A stretch of DNA of 64,000 nucleotides from Myxococcota bacterium. Its GTDB lineage: Bacteria > Myxococcota_A > UBA796 > CAJQPC01. Every line of letters begins with the position of its first letter. Position 1 is the first letter of the stretch. The stretch spans positions 128,001 to 192,000 of the forward strand of contig JAZAMN010000024.1 of the NCBI GenBank assembly GCA_036229005.1. The letters run 5' to 3'. Shown here one piece after another: positions 28,207 through 38,613 of this stretch. A program made the position numbers and the translations under genes. Below the pieces are notes generated by a model that worked only from the letters and a program-made list of their open reading frames with translations, ran no database searches and was not told the origin of the DNA.

Positions 28207-29069
28207 GGCGCTGGGCCCTGTCCATCTTCGTCCTCACCGCTCTGGGCTGCAGCGGCGCCGCGCTCAACGGAACCCCGTCCACCAGCGAGGCCACCCGTCC
28301 GGCGACCACCCCCAAGCCGACCGGCCAGGCCGAGCTCACCCTGCTCTCCTGGAACGTCGAGTGGCTCGATGTCGCCGGCCAGGGCATGGTCCCGCGCTCC
28401 GCGGCCGAGCTCCAGGAGATGGCCCAGGTCATCCGCAGCGCCCAGCCCGACGTGGTCGTCCTCCAGGAGGTCGCCAGCGAGGAGGCCGCCCGCGCGCTGC
28501 TCCCCAAGGGCGACTGGCAGCTCGCCGTCGAAGACCGCAGCGACGACCAGCGCGTCGTGGTGGCCGTCCGCCAGGGCCTCGCCTTCGAGCGGAGGGCCGA
28601 CCTGCGCCCCCTGGCCGTCGGCAACCCCGGCCTGCGCCACGGCGTGGACGTCCAGGTGCAGACCGCCGCCGGCCCCGTGCGCGTGCTGGGGGTGCACCTC
28701 AAGGCCGGCTGCCAGTGGGACCCCTTCGACAGCAGCCAGGAGTGCGGCACCCTGGAGCGCCAGGCCGCCGTGCTCGAGACCTGGACCGACGCCCGCGCCA
28801 CCGAGGGCGTGCCCATGGTGGTGGTGGGGGACTTCAACCGCCAGATGCACGCCCAGGACCCCTTCTACCTGGCCGTCAGCGACGGCGAGCCCGCCGGCCT
28901 CCACCTGAGCCTGGGGCCCACCAAGGATGCCCAGTGCGAGCCCAAGCGGCGGCACCCCATCGACCACCTGCTGGTCAGCGGCGCCAGGGTGGGGGAGAGC
29001 AGACAGATCCCGCTGCAGCAGCCCCCCTTGTCCGACCACTGCCCCATCGTGGCCACCCTGGAGCTCTGA
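28203..29069 (+). CDS. Endonuclease/exonuclease/phosphatase family lipoprotein
   Basis: SWNVEW, LQEV, HLKAGC, GDFNR, IDH, SDHCP; GTGA overlap with the upstream gene. Confidence 0.88.
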   Translation: MRRWALSIFVLTALGCSGAALNGTPSTSEATRPATTPKPTGQAELTLLSWNVEWLDVAGQGMVPRSAAELQEMAQVIRSAQPDVVVLQEVASEEAARALLPKGDWQLAVEDRSDDQRVVVAVRQGLAFERRADLRPLAVGNPGLRHGVDVQVQTAAGPVRVLGVHLKAGCQWDPFDSSQECGTLERQAAVLETWTDARATEGVPMVVVGDFNRQMHAQDPFYLAVSDGEPAGLHLSLGPTKDAQCEPKRRHPIDHLLVSGARVGESRQIPLQQPPLSDHCPIVATLEL

Positions 29070-30488
29070 GTGCTGCTGTTCGCCAGCGAGGACAAGCGGG
29101 AGCGGGACCAGCTCGCCCGCGCTCTGGGCAGCGAGCCCCTGAGCCTCGCCGCCAGCGCCGCGGATCTGCTCCAGGCCCTGGAGCGGGGCCCCACCTTCGT
29201 CGTGCTCTCCCTGGACCTGCCCGGGCTGTCCACCCGCCAGCTCCTGGAGCGGGTCCACAGCCGCAGCACCTCGCCGGCGCCCTGGCTGTTGATCCGGCCT
29301 GAGCAGCGCCGACAAGCCCTGGAGTTGTGCCGTCAAGGCGCGGGGGGGACCCTGCTTCGCCCCTTCGACCCCCAGGAGCTGCTGTGGGCCATGGAGGGAG
29401 CCCGCGCGCCCTCGCAGCTCGGGGCACCGGCGGTCCCCAAGGGCCAGGGGGTGGAGCGGCTGATCGGCAGCTCGGCGCCCATGCAGCGGCTGCGGAGCAT
29501 GATCCAGCGGGTGGCCGGAACCGACCTGTCCGTGCTGATCACCGGCGAGTCCGGCACCGGAAAGGAGGTCGTGGCGCGGGCTGTGCACGAGTGCTCCCTG
29601 CGGTCCCGCGCGCCCTTCGTGCCGGTGGACTGCGCCGCGATCCCCGCCAAGCTCATGGAGTCCGAGCTCTTTGGCTACGAGAAGGGGGCGTTCACGGGGG
29701 CGACCAGCCAGCGCAAGGGCCTGGTGGAGTCTGCGCGCGGCGGCACCTTCTTCCTGGACGAGATCGGCGAGCTGGAGCCCGGCTCCCAGGTCAAGCTGCT
29801 GCGCCTGCTGCAGGAGGGGAGCTACCGCCGCGTGGGCTCGAACGTGGAGTCCAAGGTCGCCCTGCGCGTGCTGGCCGCCACCAACCGCCCGCTGGAGGAG
29901 CGCATCCGGCAGGGGGCCTTCCGCGAGGACCTCTTCCACCGCCTCAACGTGGTGCGCCTGCACCTGCCGCCGCTGCGTGAGCGCCCCGGCGATGTCCCCG
30001 AGCTGCTGCGCGCCTTCCTGGAGCGCTTCGCCCGGCAGGCCGAGCGGCCGGTCCCCGAGCTGCCGCAGCCCATGGCCGAGACCCTCGCCGCCTACCGCTG
30101 GCCCGGCAATGTGCGCGAGCTGGTGAACACCGCGCAGTACCTCGCCAGCCTGGCCCCCGGTCCCGTGTTGCGCGTGCAGGACCTGCCCCAGAGGTTGAGG
30201 GCGAGCCTGTCCAAGCCCTCCGAGAACCTCTCCTCCCCCCAGGACGCGGGGGCCGCGGCGCCGAACCTGGCGATCCGCTACGACCTCCCCTACAAGCAGG
30301 CCAAGCGGGTCTGGGTGGAGCTGTTCGACTACGCGTACTTCGGCCGGCTGCTGGCCGAGCACGACGGCAACCTGTCCCAGGCGGCGCGCAGCGCGGGGAT
30401 CGATCGCAAGTCCATCCAGCGCTACCTCAAGCGCGCGGAGGAGCCCGACTCCGGGGCTGACGTGGGTCAGACACCGCCCAAGGGCTGA
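29070..30488 (+). CDS. Sigma54-dependent activator with a degenerate receiver domain
   Basis: [28 protein letters not shown], Fis-type HTH; the receiver Asp position reads VVLSLDLP. Confidence 0.9.
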   Translation: MLLFASEDKRERDQLARALGSEPLSLAASAADLLQALERGPTFVVLSLDLPGLSTRQLLERVHSRSTSPAPWLLIRPEQRRQALELCRQGAGGTLLRPFDPQELLWAMEGARAPSQLGAPAVPKGQGVERLIGSSAPMQRLRSMIQRVAGTDLSVLITGESGTGKEVVARAVHECSLRSRAPFVPVDCAAIPAKLMESELFGYEKGAFTGATSQRKGLVESARGGTFFLDEIGELEPGSQVKLLRLLQEGSYRRVGSNVESKVALRVLAATNRPLEERIRQGAFREDLFHRLNVVRLHLPPLRERPGDVPELLRAFLERFARQAERPVPELPQPMAETLAAYRWPGNVRELVNTAQYLASLAPGPVLRVQDLPQRLRASLSKPSENLSSPQDAGAAAPNLAIRYDLPYKQAKRVWVELFDYAYFGRLLAEHDGNLSQAARSAGIDRKSIQRYLKRAEEPDSGADVGQTPPKG

Positions 30489-30507
30489 CGGTGTATCGTT
30501 GGGCCAC

Positions 30508-31863
<1,356 letters not shown>

Positions 31864-32068
31864 TTCTCCGAAGCATGAGTTCCGACACTCTTCGCGTGCC
31901 GGAACTCCTGCTCCAGAGAACTATTGTCTTCTCCGGGGGACACCCCCGGAAATGCGCCTTGCGGCGCAGCCCCCGCGGGCCCATTCGGGCCCGTGTTCTG
32001 CCGGACGGGCTTGTTTGGAACTCTGGCCCGGCAGAACCAGCCCGCGGTTTCTCCGACCCTCCAGCGGC

Positions 32069-32485
32069 TCAGCGCCTCAGCAGCCGGGAGAGCAGGCTGC
32101 GCTCGATGGGGCCGGTGACCGTGCGCGCGCCCTCGCGTCCGTCCAGCAGCTCCAGGATCTGTTCGGGGCTGAGCTGACCCCGGCCGTAGGCGTCGGCCAG
32201 GTGGGTGTCCAGCACCGCCTCCTGCTCGCTCGCCCCGTGAGGATCGAGCACGACCACCCGCGGGGGACGGCGGTCCGTCTTGAGGGAGAGGCAGAGGCGG
32301 AGTCCCGGGGCCGCGCGGCGGCCCAGGCTCAGGAGCACAAGCTCCGGACGCTGCTCGCGGATACGACGCACCGAAGGGGGCTTGTCAGCGCTGACGAGGA
32401 CATCGAAGCGCGCGCGTAGCTGCGTGATGAGCGTCAGGCGCCGCTTGGGGTCTTCCACAACCAGCAGCAGTCGGGGCAGGTGCAT
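32069..32485 (-). CDS. Stand-alone pseudo-receiver (CheY-like) protein
   Basis: LLLVVEDP...RPELVLLSL...LCLSLK pattern; phospho-Asp replaced by Ser; start refined to ATG 32485. Confidence 0.55.
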   Translation of the reverse strand: MHLPRLLLVVEDPKRRLTLITQLRARFDVLVSADKPPSVRRIREQRPELVLLSLGRRAAPGLRLCLSLKTDRRPPRVVVLDPHGASEQEAVLDTHLADAYGRGQLSPEQILELLDGREGARTVTGPIERSLLSRLLRR

Positions 32486-32596
32486 CCGGGTCCCTAACGC
32501 GGAGTCACGCGGATTGACCCTGCTCTGAGCGCCTGATAGCGTCTGAGTCGGTCGGAAAGCTCCGGCAGTCAAAGCTGAAAGTTGTAGAGGCAATCA

Positions 32597-33100
32597 ATGA
32601 GTGACCGCCTTCAGACGCTCCAGGGGGAGCTCCAGTCCATCCTCGACGAGAAGATGGCCGCCCTCCAGACGGCAATCGCCAACGCGGAGGAGACCACGCG
32701 GGGCATCGTGACCGCGGAGCTGGAGATCGCCCGCAACGAGCAGGATGCGGCCTCCATGGCCGAGGACACCAAGCGCCTGGAGCAGGACCTGGACGCCAGC
32801 AAGGCCAAGGCCGACGCTGCCCGCAAGTCCAACGAGGCCCTGCGCGGTGAGCGCGACGAGCTCGCCCTGATGCTCGCTGGCGTCGAAGAGGAGGGCTCCG
32901 ACCTGCACGCCGAGGTCGCTGAGCTGCGCGAGAAGGTCGCCAAGGCCGAGGCCGCGAACGCCAAGCTCCAGGCCGAGCAGGAGTCCCTGCAGAGCAAGCT
33001 CCAGAACCTGGAGGAGACCGCCAGCAAGATGCGCGCCCTCAAGGCCGAGCTGATGAGCTCCATCAAGCAGAACATGGACGAGCTGTCCGGGGGCAACTAG
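32597..33100 (+). CDS. Coiled-coil protein
   Basis: Heptad-rich E/K/A/L sequence with no Pro and no aromatic residues. Confidence 0.8.
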   Translation: MSDRLQTLQGELQSILDEKMAALQTAIANAEETTRGIVTAELEIARNEQDAASMAEDTKRLEQDLDASKAKADAARKSNEALRGERDELALMLAGVEEEGSDLHAEVAELREKVAKAEAANAKLQAEQESLQSKLQNLEETASKMRALKAELMSSIKQNMDELSGGN

Positions 33101-33101
33101 C

Positions 33102-35018
33102 GTGTCGGCGTCCTCCCTTCTGGCCACCCTGGCGCAGGCCAGGGGGCAGCTCGCCACCCTCCGCCTCGCGCCGCTGGAGCTGATCCGCGCCGAGGCTGAG
33201 CTCCACCTGGAGACCTTCGGGCCCGTCCACCAGGCCGCCCGTCAGCGCCGCATCGCCATCCAGCGCGAGCTCTTGGGGAAGCGGTCTTCGGAGCGTGGTC
33301 CCATTCAGGGGGTCACCCCTGTCCCCGACGTGGCCCCCGCGCCTGTGGTTCGACCCACTGGCGAGAACGAGGACACCACGGTCGACCACTCCGTCGAGCC
33401 CATCGAGGAGCTGGACCTGCTGAGCGACGACCTCTCGGTCGAGCCCGCGGAGCCCTCGGTCGAGCCCGCGGAGCTGTCGGTCGAGCCCTCAGGAGAGGCA
33501 ACGGTCGACGCCACGGTCGAGGAGTACCCCACCTCGCCCCTGCCGGGTATGGACGGCGGCTTCGATGAGGGTACCCAGCCCCTGGACGAGCTGACTGAGG
33601 TCTCCCCCGACTCGATCCCGGCCTCCGCCGAGGACATCGCCGACCTGCTGGACAGCGACGATCTGGCCGATGCCCTCTCGGGCACCCTGGACGACGACCT
33701 GACTGGCCTGGAGGACGAGGACAGCGGTGAGCTCCCCGAGCTCTCCCTCTCCGAGCTGGAGGCCTCCGACCTGCTGGACGACGAGCCCCCGCTGGACCTG
33801 CTGGGCGACGACGACTCCATCGACGAGGGCGCGCTGCTCGCGCCCATCGACCCCATCGACGGCCTGGCCGAGGACGAGCCCGTCCCCGGCTCCGAGGAGG
33901 AGGTCCAGGGTCTGGACCCGGCGCTCCACCCGGACGCGCTGTCCCTGGACGCCGATCTGCTCGAGCCGCTCTCCCAGGATCTGCCCCTGGATCTGGACGG
34001 CGACATCGCCCCGGACGAGGACGAGGACGACGCCGACTTCGCGGACGCCTTCGGCGACCACGAGGACGACGGCCTGGGCGAGCTGGTCGACGACGACGAC
34101 GAGATCGAGGCCGCGCTCTTCGAGGTCGAGGGTGGCCGCGGCGCCGGCGTGGACAGCGCCCAGCTCCGCGAGGTCCCCGCCGAGCACGCCAAGGACGCGC
34201 TCCCCGACATCATCCCCACCATCAAGGACCGCACCTCCGACACCCCGGTGGGCGCGGCCGCCGCCATCCAGCTCAACGCGGACGGCAGCTCGATGGCGCT
34301 GATGGGCGACGACGAAGAGAACATCGAAGTCGAGATGCCCGAGGCGGACGAGGACGAGTACGACGATCTGGAGCACGGTGAGGGCGGCCTGAACCTGTCG
34401 TACGTGGACGAGGTCGAGTACGTCGAAGAAGAGGAGTCCGAGGCTCCCGAGCTCGACCACGCCGGCAACCTGGAGACCCTGGACAACGGCCAGGACCTCA
34501 CCGGCGCGGACTTCCACGCCATGGAGGAGGTCGACTCCGTCGCGGTGGCCAACCTCGAGGCCGCCGCCGCCGAGGCGCTGGACCGGGGTGACCTGCACGC
34601 GGCCGTCCAGGCCTGGTCCGACATGCTGGAGCACGACCCCAGCAACATGGAGGCCTACCTGGGGCGCGGTCGCGCGCACCTGGACCTGGGCGACTTCGCC
34701 GCGGCGATGTCCGACTTCCAGAAGGCCGAGGACCAGGACCGCGAGGGCCCCGAGCCCCTGGTGGCCATGGGCGAGCTCTTCTTTGCCCGCAAGGAGTACA
34801 CCCGGGCCATCGAGTTCTTCGACCAGGCCGTGGAGATGGACAACGACCACGCCATGGCGCGCTGCCGGCGGGGCATCTCCTACTACTACAAGAAGAGCTA
34901 CCGCCAGGCCTTCCTGGACCTGCAGAAGGCCTACACGCTGGACCCGGACATCCCCAACATCCGCAAGTACGTGCAGATGGCCATCAAGAAGCTGGAGCGC
35001 AGCGGCGAGTCCATCTGA
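33102..35018 (+). CDS. Acidic low-complexity protein with C-terminal TPR repeats
   Basis: Long D/E-rich region; TPR motifs AYLGRGRAHLDLGD..AMSDFQKA and CRRGISYYYKK..AFLDLQKA. Confidence 0.8.
   Translation: MSASSLLATLAQARGQLATLRLAPLELIRAEAELHLETFGPVHQAARQRRIAIQRELLGKRSSERGPIQGVTPVPDVAPAPVVRPTGENEDTTVDHSVEPIEELDLLSDDLSVEPAEPSVEPAELSVEPSGEATVDATVEEYPTSPLPGMDGGFDEGTQPLDELTEVSPDSIPASAEDIADLLDSDDLADALSGTLDDDLTGLEDEDSGELPELSLSELEASDLLDDEPPLDLLGDDDSIDEGALLAPIDPIDGLAEDEPVPGSEEEVQGLDPALHPDALSLDADLLEPLSQDLPLDLDGDIAPDEDEDDADFADAFGDHEDDGLGELVDDDDEIEAALFEVEGGRGAGVDSAQLREVPAEHAKDALPDIIPTIKDRTSDTPVGAAAAIQLNADGSSMALMGDDEENIEVEMPEADEDEYDDLEHGEGGLNLSYVDEVEYVEEEESEAPELDHAGNLETLDNGQDLTGADFHAMEEVDSVAVANLEAAAAEALDRGDLHAAVQAWSDMLEHDPSNMEAYLGRGRAHLDLGDFAAAMSDFQKAEDQDREGPEPLVAMGELFFARKEYTRAIEFFDQAVEMDNDHAMARCRRGISYYYKKSYRQAFLDLQKAYTLDPDIPNIRKYVQMAIKKLERSGESI
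33435..33488 (+). repeat. Intragenic 21-bp tandem repeat, 3 copies (SVEPAEP)
   Basis: TCGGTCGAGCCC at 33435, 33456 and 33477. Confidence 0.85.
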
Positions 35019-35040
35019 GCGTCGCTTTCACTTCTTGGAG

Positions 35041-35066
35041 AACCCGCCTTTGAGGCGGGTTTTCTT
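35041..35066 (+). terminator. Rho-independent terminator
   Basis: AACCCGCCT-ttg-AGGCGGGTT followed by TTCTT, 22 bp after the TPR gene stop. Confidence 0.85.
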
Positions 35067-35193
35067 GCTCTGGGGCTTTGCCCCCTGCGCCGCGAAGGCC
35101 GCTTCCCACCAACCTGGAGTCCGCCGCGAAGTCCGCTTCGCACCTGGGGGCGAGATTGGGCTCAAGTCCTTGGAATCGCGACCGGGGTGCTCT

Positions 35194-35209
35194 TGGCCCG
35201 GGTCTTGCT
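35194..35209 (+). promoter_or_regulatory. Sigma54 -24/-12 promoter
   Basis: TGGCCCG-GGTC-TTGCT upstream of a GGAGG RBS and ATG 35238. Confidence 0.7.
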
Positions 35210-35237
35210 GGGAAAGGGGGAAAACACGGAGGCCTCC

Positions 35238-35411
35238 ATGGATACCCGCTCTGATCTCCTGCGCAACCGCAACCGCGTCGTCGCCCGCTCCTTCTACCGC
35301 CACCTCAAGAGCCAGGGCTTCTCGCACGAGCAGATCATCGAGCTGAGCACGCAGCTCCTCGACATGGTGACCGACGACATGCAGGCCCAGGCCCCCGCAG
35401 AGGCCAAGTAG
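35238..35411 (+). CDS. Small (57 aa) helical hypothetical protein
   Basis: GGAGG RBS; strong codon bias; VARSFYRHLKSQGFSHEQIIELSTQLLDMVT. Confidence 0.75.
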   Translation: MDTRSDLLRNRNRVVARSFYRHLKSQGFSHEQIIELSTQLLDMVTDDMQAQAPAEAK

Positions 35412-35530
35412 CGCCCAGCCTGACCTCGCTGGCGGCAGGGTGTCGCTGGTGAGTCTCCAGGGGAGGGGAGTCGACGTGGTGGGCCAAGGTGGCCCAGCGT
35501 CCAGATCCCCTCGACCCTGTCGCCCTGAGC

Positions 35531-36430
35531 TCAGCCCTCCAGCTTGCTGGTGAGCTCGGCCCACTCGCGCTTGGACAGGCCGGAGTCCTCCTGGCTGACG
35601 GGCTCGCCAGCGATCATCTTGCGGATGACGGCCAGGCCCTGCGCGGAGAAGAAGGCGCCGCCGACGCGGTAGTCGTTGAAGGCCTCGTAGGCCGCGGGGA
35701 CCCAGTCCTTGACGTAGTCGGCGATGGCGTCGGCGTAGACGCGGATCTCGTACTGCGCGTGGGGGTGCATGCGCAGGGACAAGAAGTGCAGCAGGTTGTG
35801 GAGGTCGATCTTCCAGTACCACTGCGTGTAGAAGTTCACCGGCAGGTTCATGCGGGCGAGCTCGCGGGCCAGGCCGTGCTCGTCCATCAGGGACTTGTAG
35901 GTGCCGTAGCTCTGGATGGCGTCGGCCTTGAGCAGGTCCAGCACCTGGGCGGACTGCTCGGCGCTCAGGGTGTCGCCGCGGCCCTGCTTGTTGTCGGTGG
36001 ACTGGAGCGCGATGTGCTCGGGGTCGGGCAGGTAGAACTCGCGGTCCAGCACGGAGTAGCGGGCGCTGTACTCGTTGACGTTGGCGGTGCGGTGCCGGAT
36101 CCACTGGCGGGCCACGAAGATGGGCAGCTTGACGTGCAGCTTGAGCTCGCACATCTCAAAGGGCGTGGTGTGGCGGTGGCGCATCAGGTAGCGGATCAGG
36201 CCGCGGTCCTGGCGGACCTTCTTGGTGCCCTTGCCGTAGGAGACGCGGGCGGCCTGGACGATCGCGGAGTCGTCGCCCATGTAGTCCACGACCCGCACGA
36301 AGCCGTGGTCCAGGAGCATGGTGGGCTCGTAGAGCCGCTCCTCCAGCGCGGGGACGGTCGCCCTGCGCGTGGGGTGGCTCTGGGCGCGGGCCTCGTCGAT
36401 GGCGTCGCGCATGTCCTGGCTGAGCTTCAT
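35531..36430 (-). CDS. thyX: FAD-dependent thymidylate synthase
   Basis: [42 protein letters not shown]. Confidence 0.96.
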   Translation of the reverse strand: MKLSQDMRDAIDEARAQSHPTRRATVPALEERLYEPTMLLDHGFVRVVDYMGDDSAIVQAARVSYGKGTKKVRQDRGLIRYLMRHRHTTPFEMCELKLHVKLPIFVARQWIRHRTANVNEYSARYSVLDREFYLPDPEHIALQSTDNKQGRGDTLSAEQSAQVLDLLKADAIQSYGTYKSLMDEHGLARELARMNLPVNFYTQWYWKIDLHNLLHFLSLRMHPHAQYEIRVYADAIADYVKDWVPAAYEAFNDYRVGGAFFSAQGLAVIRKMIAGEPVSQEDSGLSKREWAELTSKLEG

Positions 36431-36485
36431 CCTGCCTCCCGGGGTAGGGTTCGATAACCGAAACCCCTGCCCCGTGGAGGCCCCC

Positions 36486-37625
36486 TTGAGCGCGGACACC
36501 TTCTCCCAACTCGCCCTGCAGGCCCTCAAGTCCAACGAGCCCGAGAAGGCCGTGGCCTACTTCGAGCAAGCCCTGGAGCACGCGGAGCGGCCGCGCCCCG
36601 ACATCCTGCACAGCATGGGGGTTGTGCTCCTTCAGCTTGGCGAGCCCGAGAAGGCCCGGCCCCTGATGCAGCAGGCCCTGGAGCAGGCCTGGAAGGTCAA
36701 CGCCGAGCCCGAGCTGCTGCTGCAGTGCGCCCTTGGACTGGCCGCTGCGTCCGAGGACAGCGACCACGTGGGGGAGGCCCTGGCCGCGTACGAGCAGGCC
36801 TTCGAGGTCGACGCCCGCAGCGACCGCGCATTGGTCGGCAAGGCCCACCTGCTGCTGGGGCTGGGGCGCCTGGACGAGGCTGTTGGCCTGCTCGAGCGCT
36901 ACCTGGAGTTCTCCAAGGACGACGCCGAATACCTGGACGCCGCCAAGGCCTTGGTGGAGCACGTCAAGGCCTTCCAGGCCGAGGGCGAGCCCATCACCCT
37001 GCTGCGCGCCCACCGCGAGTCCTACATCGAGTTCTTTGACGAGACCATGAAGAACATGGCCGAGCAGGGCTGGATCGGCGAATGCGCCCGCATGATGCGG
37101 GACGACAGCGGCCAGGTCGTCAACGTCATCCCCGAAGGCGCCCGCCCCTACGCCGCGGTCCGCGTGGACCTGGTGGACCCCAGCACCGGCCAGGCCGGCC
37201 AGATCGGCGAGCAGCCCATGGTCGTGGCCGTCGGCGGCTTCGAGGCCCTCGCGCAGGCCCCGGTGTCCTTCGACGTGGAGGGCCGCCCCTACCGTCTGCG
37301 GGTGAGCAGCCAAGCTCCGTGGGACCAGCTCCCCATCTCCATCCTCCTGGAGAAGGGCGACGCCGAGCAGATCTGCGAGCCCATCTTCGCGACCTGGTAC
37401 ACCGCCGGGTTCAACGGGCAGTTCGGGGAGAAGGAGAAGGGCCGCTTCCACTACATCAGCGACCCCATCGTCTCGCGCTCTGGGCGCGGCATCACCTTCC
37501 ACCTGGATCTGGGCCGAAGCGAGGAGCGGTGTATCGAGCACCTGCTGGCCCGCATCGACCAGCTCCACCAGGAGGTCGGGGTGGTCGAGGTGCTGCTGGG
37601 GCGGGGCTACCTCAGTCCGGTGTGA
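36486..37625 (+). CDS. TPR-repeat protein
   Basis: N-terminal TPRs ([23 protein letters not shown]); TTG start after GGAGG. Confidence 0.75.
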   Translation: MSADTFSQLALQALKSNEPEKAVAYFEQALEHAERPRPDILHSMGVVLLQLGEPEKARPLMQQALEQAWKVNAEPELLLQCALGLAAASEDSDHVGEALAAYEQAFEVDARSDRALVGKAHLLLGLGRLDEAVGLLERYLEFSKDDAEYLDAAKALVEHVKAFQAEGEPITLLRAHRESYIEFFDETMKNMAEQGWIGECARMMRDDSGQVVNVIPEGARPYAAVRVDLVDPSTGQAGQIGEQPMVVAVGGFEALAQAPVSFDVEGRPYRLRVSSQAPWDQLPISILLEKGDAEQICEPIFATWYTAGFNGQFGEKEKGRFHYISDPIVSRSGRGITFHLDLGRSEERCIEHLLARIDQLHQEVGVVEVLLGRGYLSPV

Positions 37626-38526
37626 GGCCGGGGACGGCGAAGGGCCGCAAGGGGAACCCAGGGCTCAGGAGCTGGAGCTGGTGCATGGCGTAGGTGGCGT
37701 CCGCTTGGGCGCCCAGGGCCTGGAATGCGCGGGCTCGCTGGGCGAGCAGGACGGGGTCCTGGCGGTGCATCACGAGGCTCTTGTCCAGCAGGTCCAGCAC
37801 GGCGCCGGGGTCGTCCTGGGCCAGGAAGATCTCGCACTGCATGGCCACGTTGTCGGCCAGCCAGCGCCGGTTCTCCCGGGCCGCGGAGACCAGGGCCTGG
37901 GCGCTCTCCAGGTCACCCTCGGCGATCGCCAGGCGGGCGCGCGCCAGCAGCAGACGGTTGGCCGGGTCGGCGGGGAGCGAGTCGGCCATGTAGAGGGACT
38001 CGCGGGCCAGCTCGACGTCCCCCTGGTCCAGGTGGATCTCAGCCATCCAGGCGTGCACGGTGGCTGAGCGGGGACTCAGGGAGAGGGCCATGTAGCCCGC
38101 ATCCAGCGCCCGCTGGGGCTCACCGGCGCTGCGGTGGTCTTGCAGCAGGTTCAGCCACACCTGGAGCTGGCGGCGCTCGTCGGGGGACTGCCACAGGCGC
38201 TCGGTGTGGAGGGCGATGGCGGCCTGGGCTTGTCCGGTGGCCCGCAGGCCCTCGGCCTCCCGGGCGACGCCCACCTGGGGGTAGATCTCGGAGCCCTCGG
38301 CGTAGGCCAGGTAGCCCAAGGCGTCGGCGTAGCGGCCCATGGCGTGGTAGGCGAGGCCCGCCTGGGCGTTCAGCCCGGGGTCCAGCGGAGCGGTCTCCAG
38401 CTTGGGGAGAAGCTGGTCGAGGGCCAGCCGGCCGCGCCCTTGGTGGATCATGCCCATGGTGCGGGACTGGGCCCACACCGCACCGGAGGCGAGCAGGAGG
38501 AGCAGCAGGGGGGCACGCTTTGACAT
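37612..38526 (-). CDS. Secreted TPR-repeat protein
   Basis: Signal peptide; GLAYHAMGRYADAL and similar TPR motifs. Confidence 0.7.
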   Translation of the reverse strand: MSKRAPLLLLLLASGAVWAQSRTMGMIHQGRGRLALDQLLPKLETAPLDPGLNAQAGLAYHAMGRYADALGYLAYAEGSEIYPQVGVAREAEGLRATGQAQAAIALHTERLWQSPDERRQLQVWLNLLQDHRSAGEPQRALDAGYMALSLSPRSATVHAWMAEIHLDQGDVELARESLYMADSLPADPANRLLLARARLAIAEGDLESAQALVSAARENRRWLADNVAMQCEIFLAQDDPGAVLDLLDKSLVMHRQDPVLLAQRARAFQALGAQADATYAMHQLQLLSPGFPLRPFAVPGLTPD

Positions 38527-38613
38527 TGTCTGTCGATAAGCCGCCCGCCCGGTCGGCGTCTACAGCAGGGGTGTTATCGGGGACCCTGGCCGCCCCCCGG
38601 CCCTGGAGCACCC

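Noticed and set aside
31864..32068. GC hairpins and a 100-aa ORF between convergent genes
   Set aside because: The hairpins lack a clear U-tract and the ORF lacks codon bias; too weak to call
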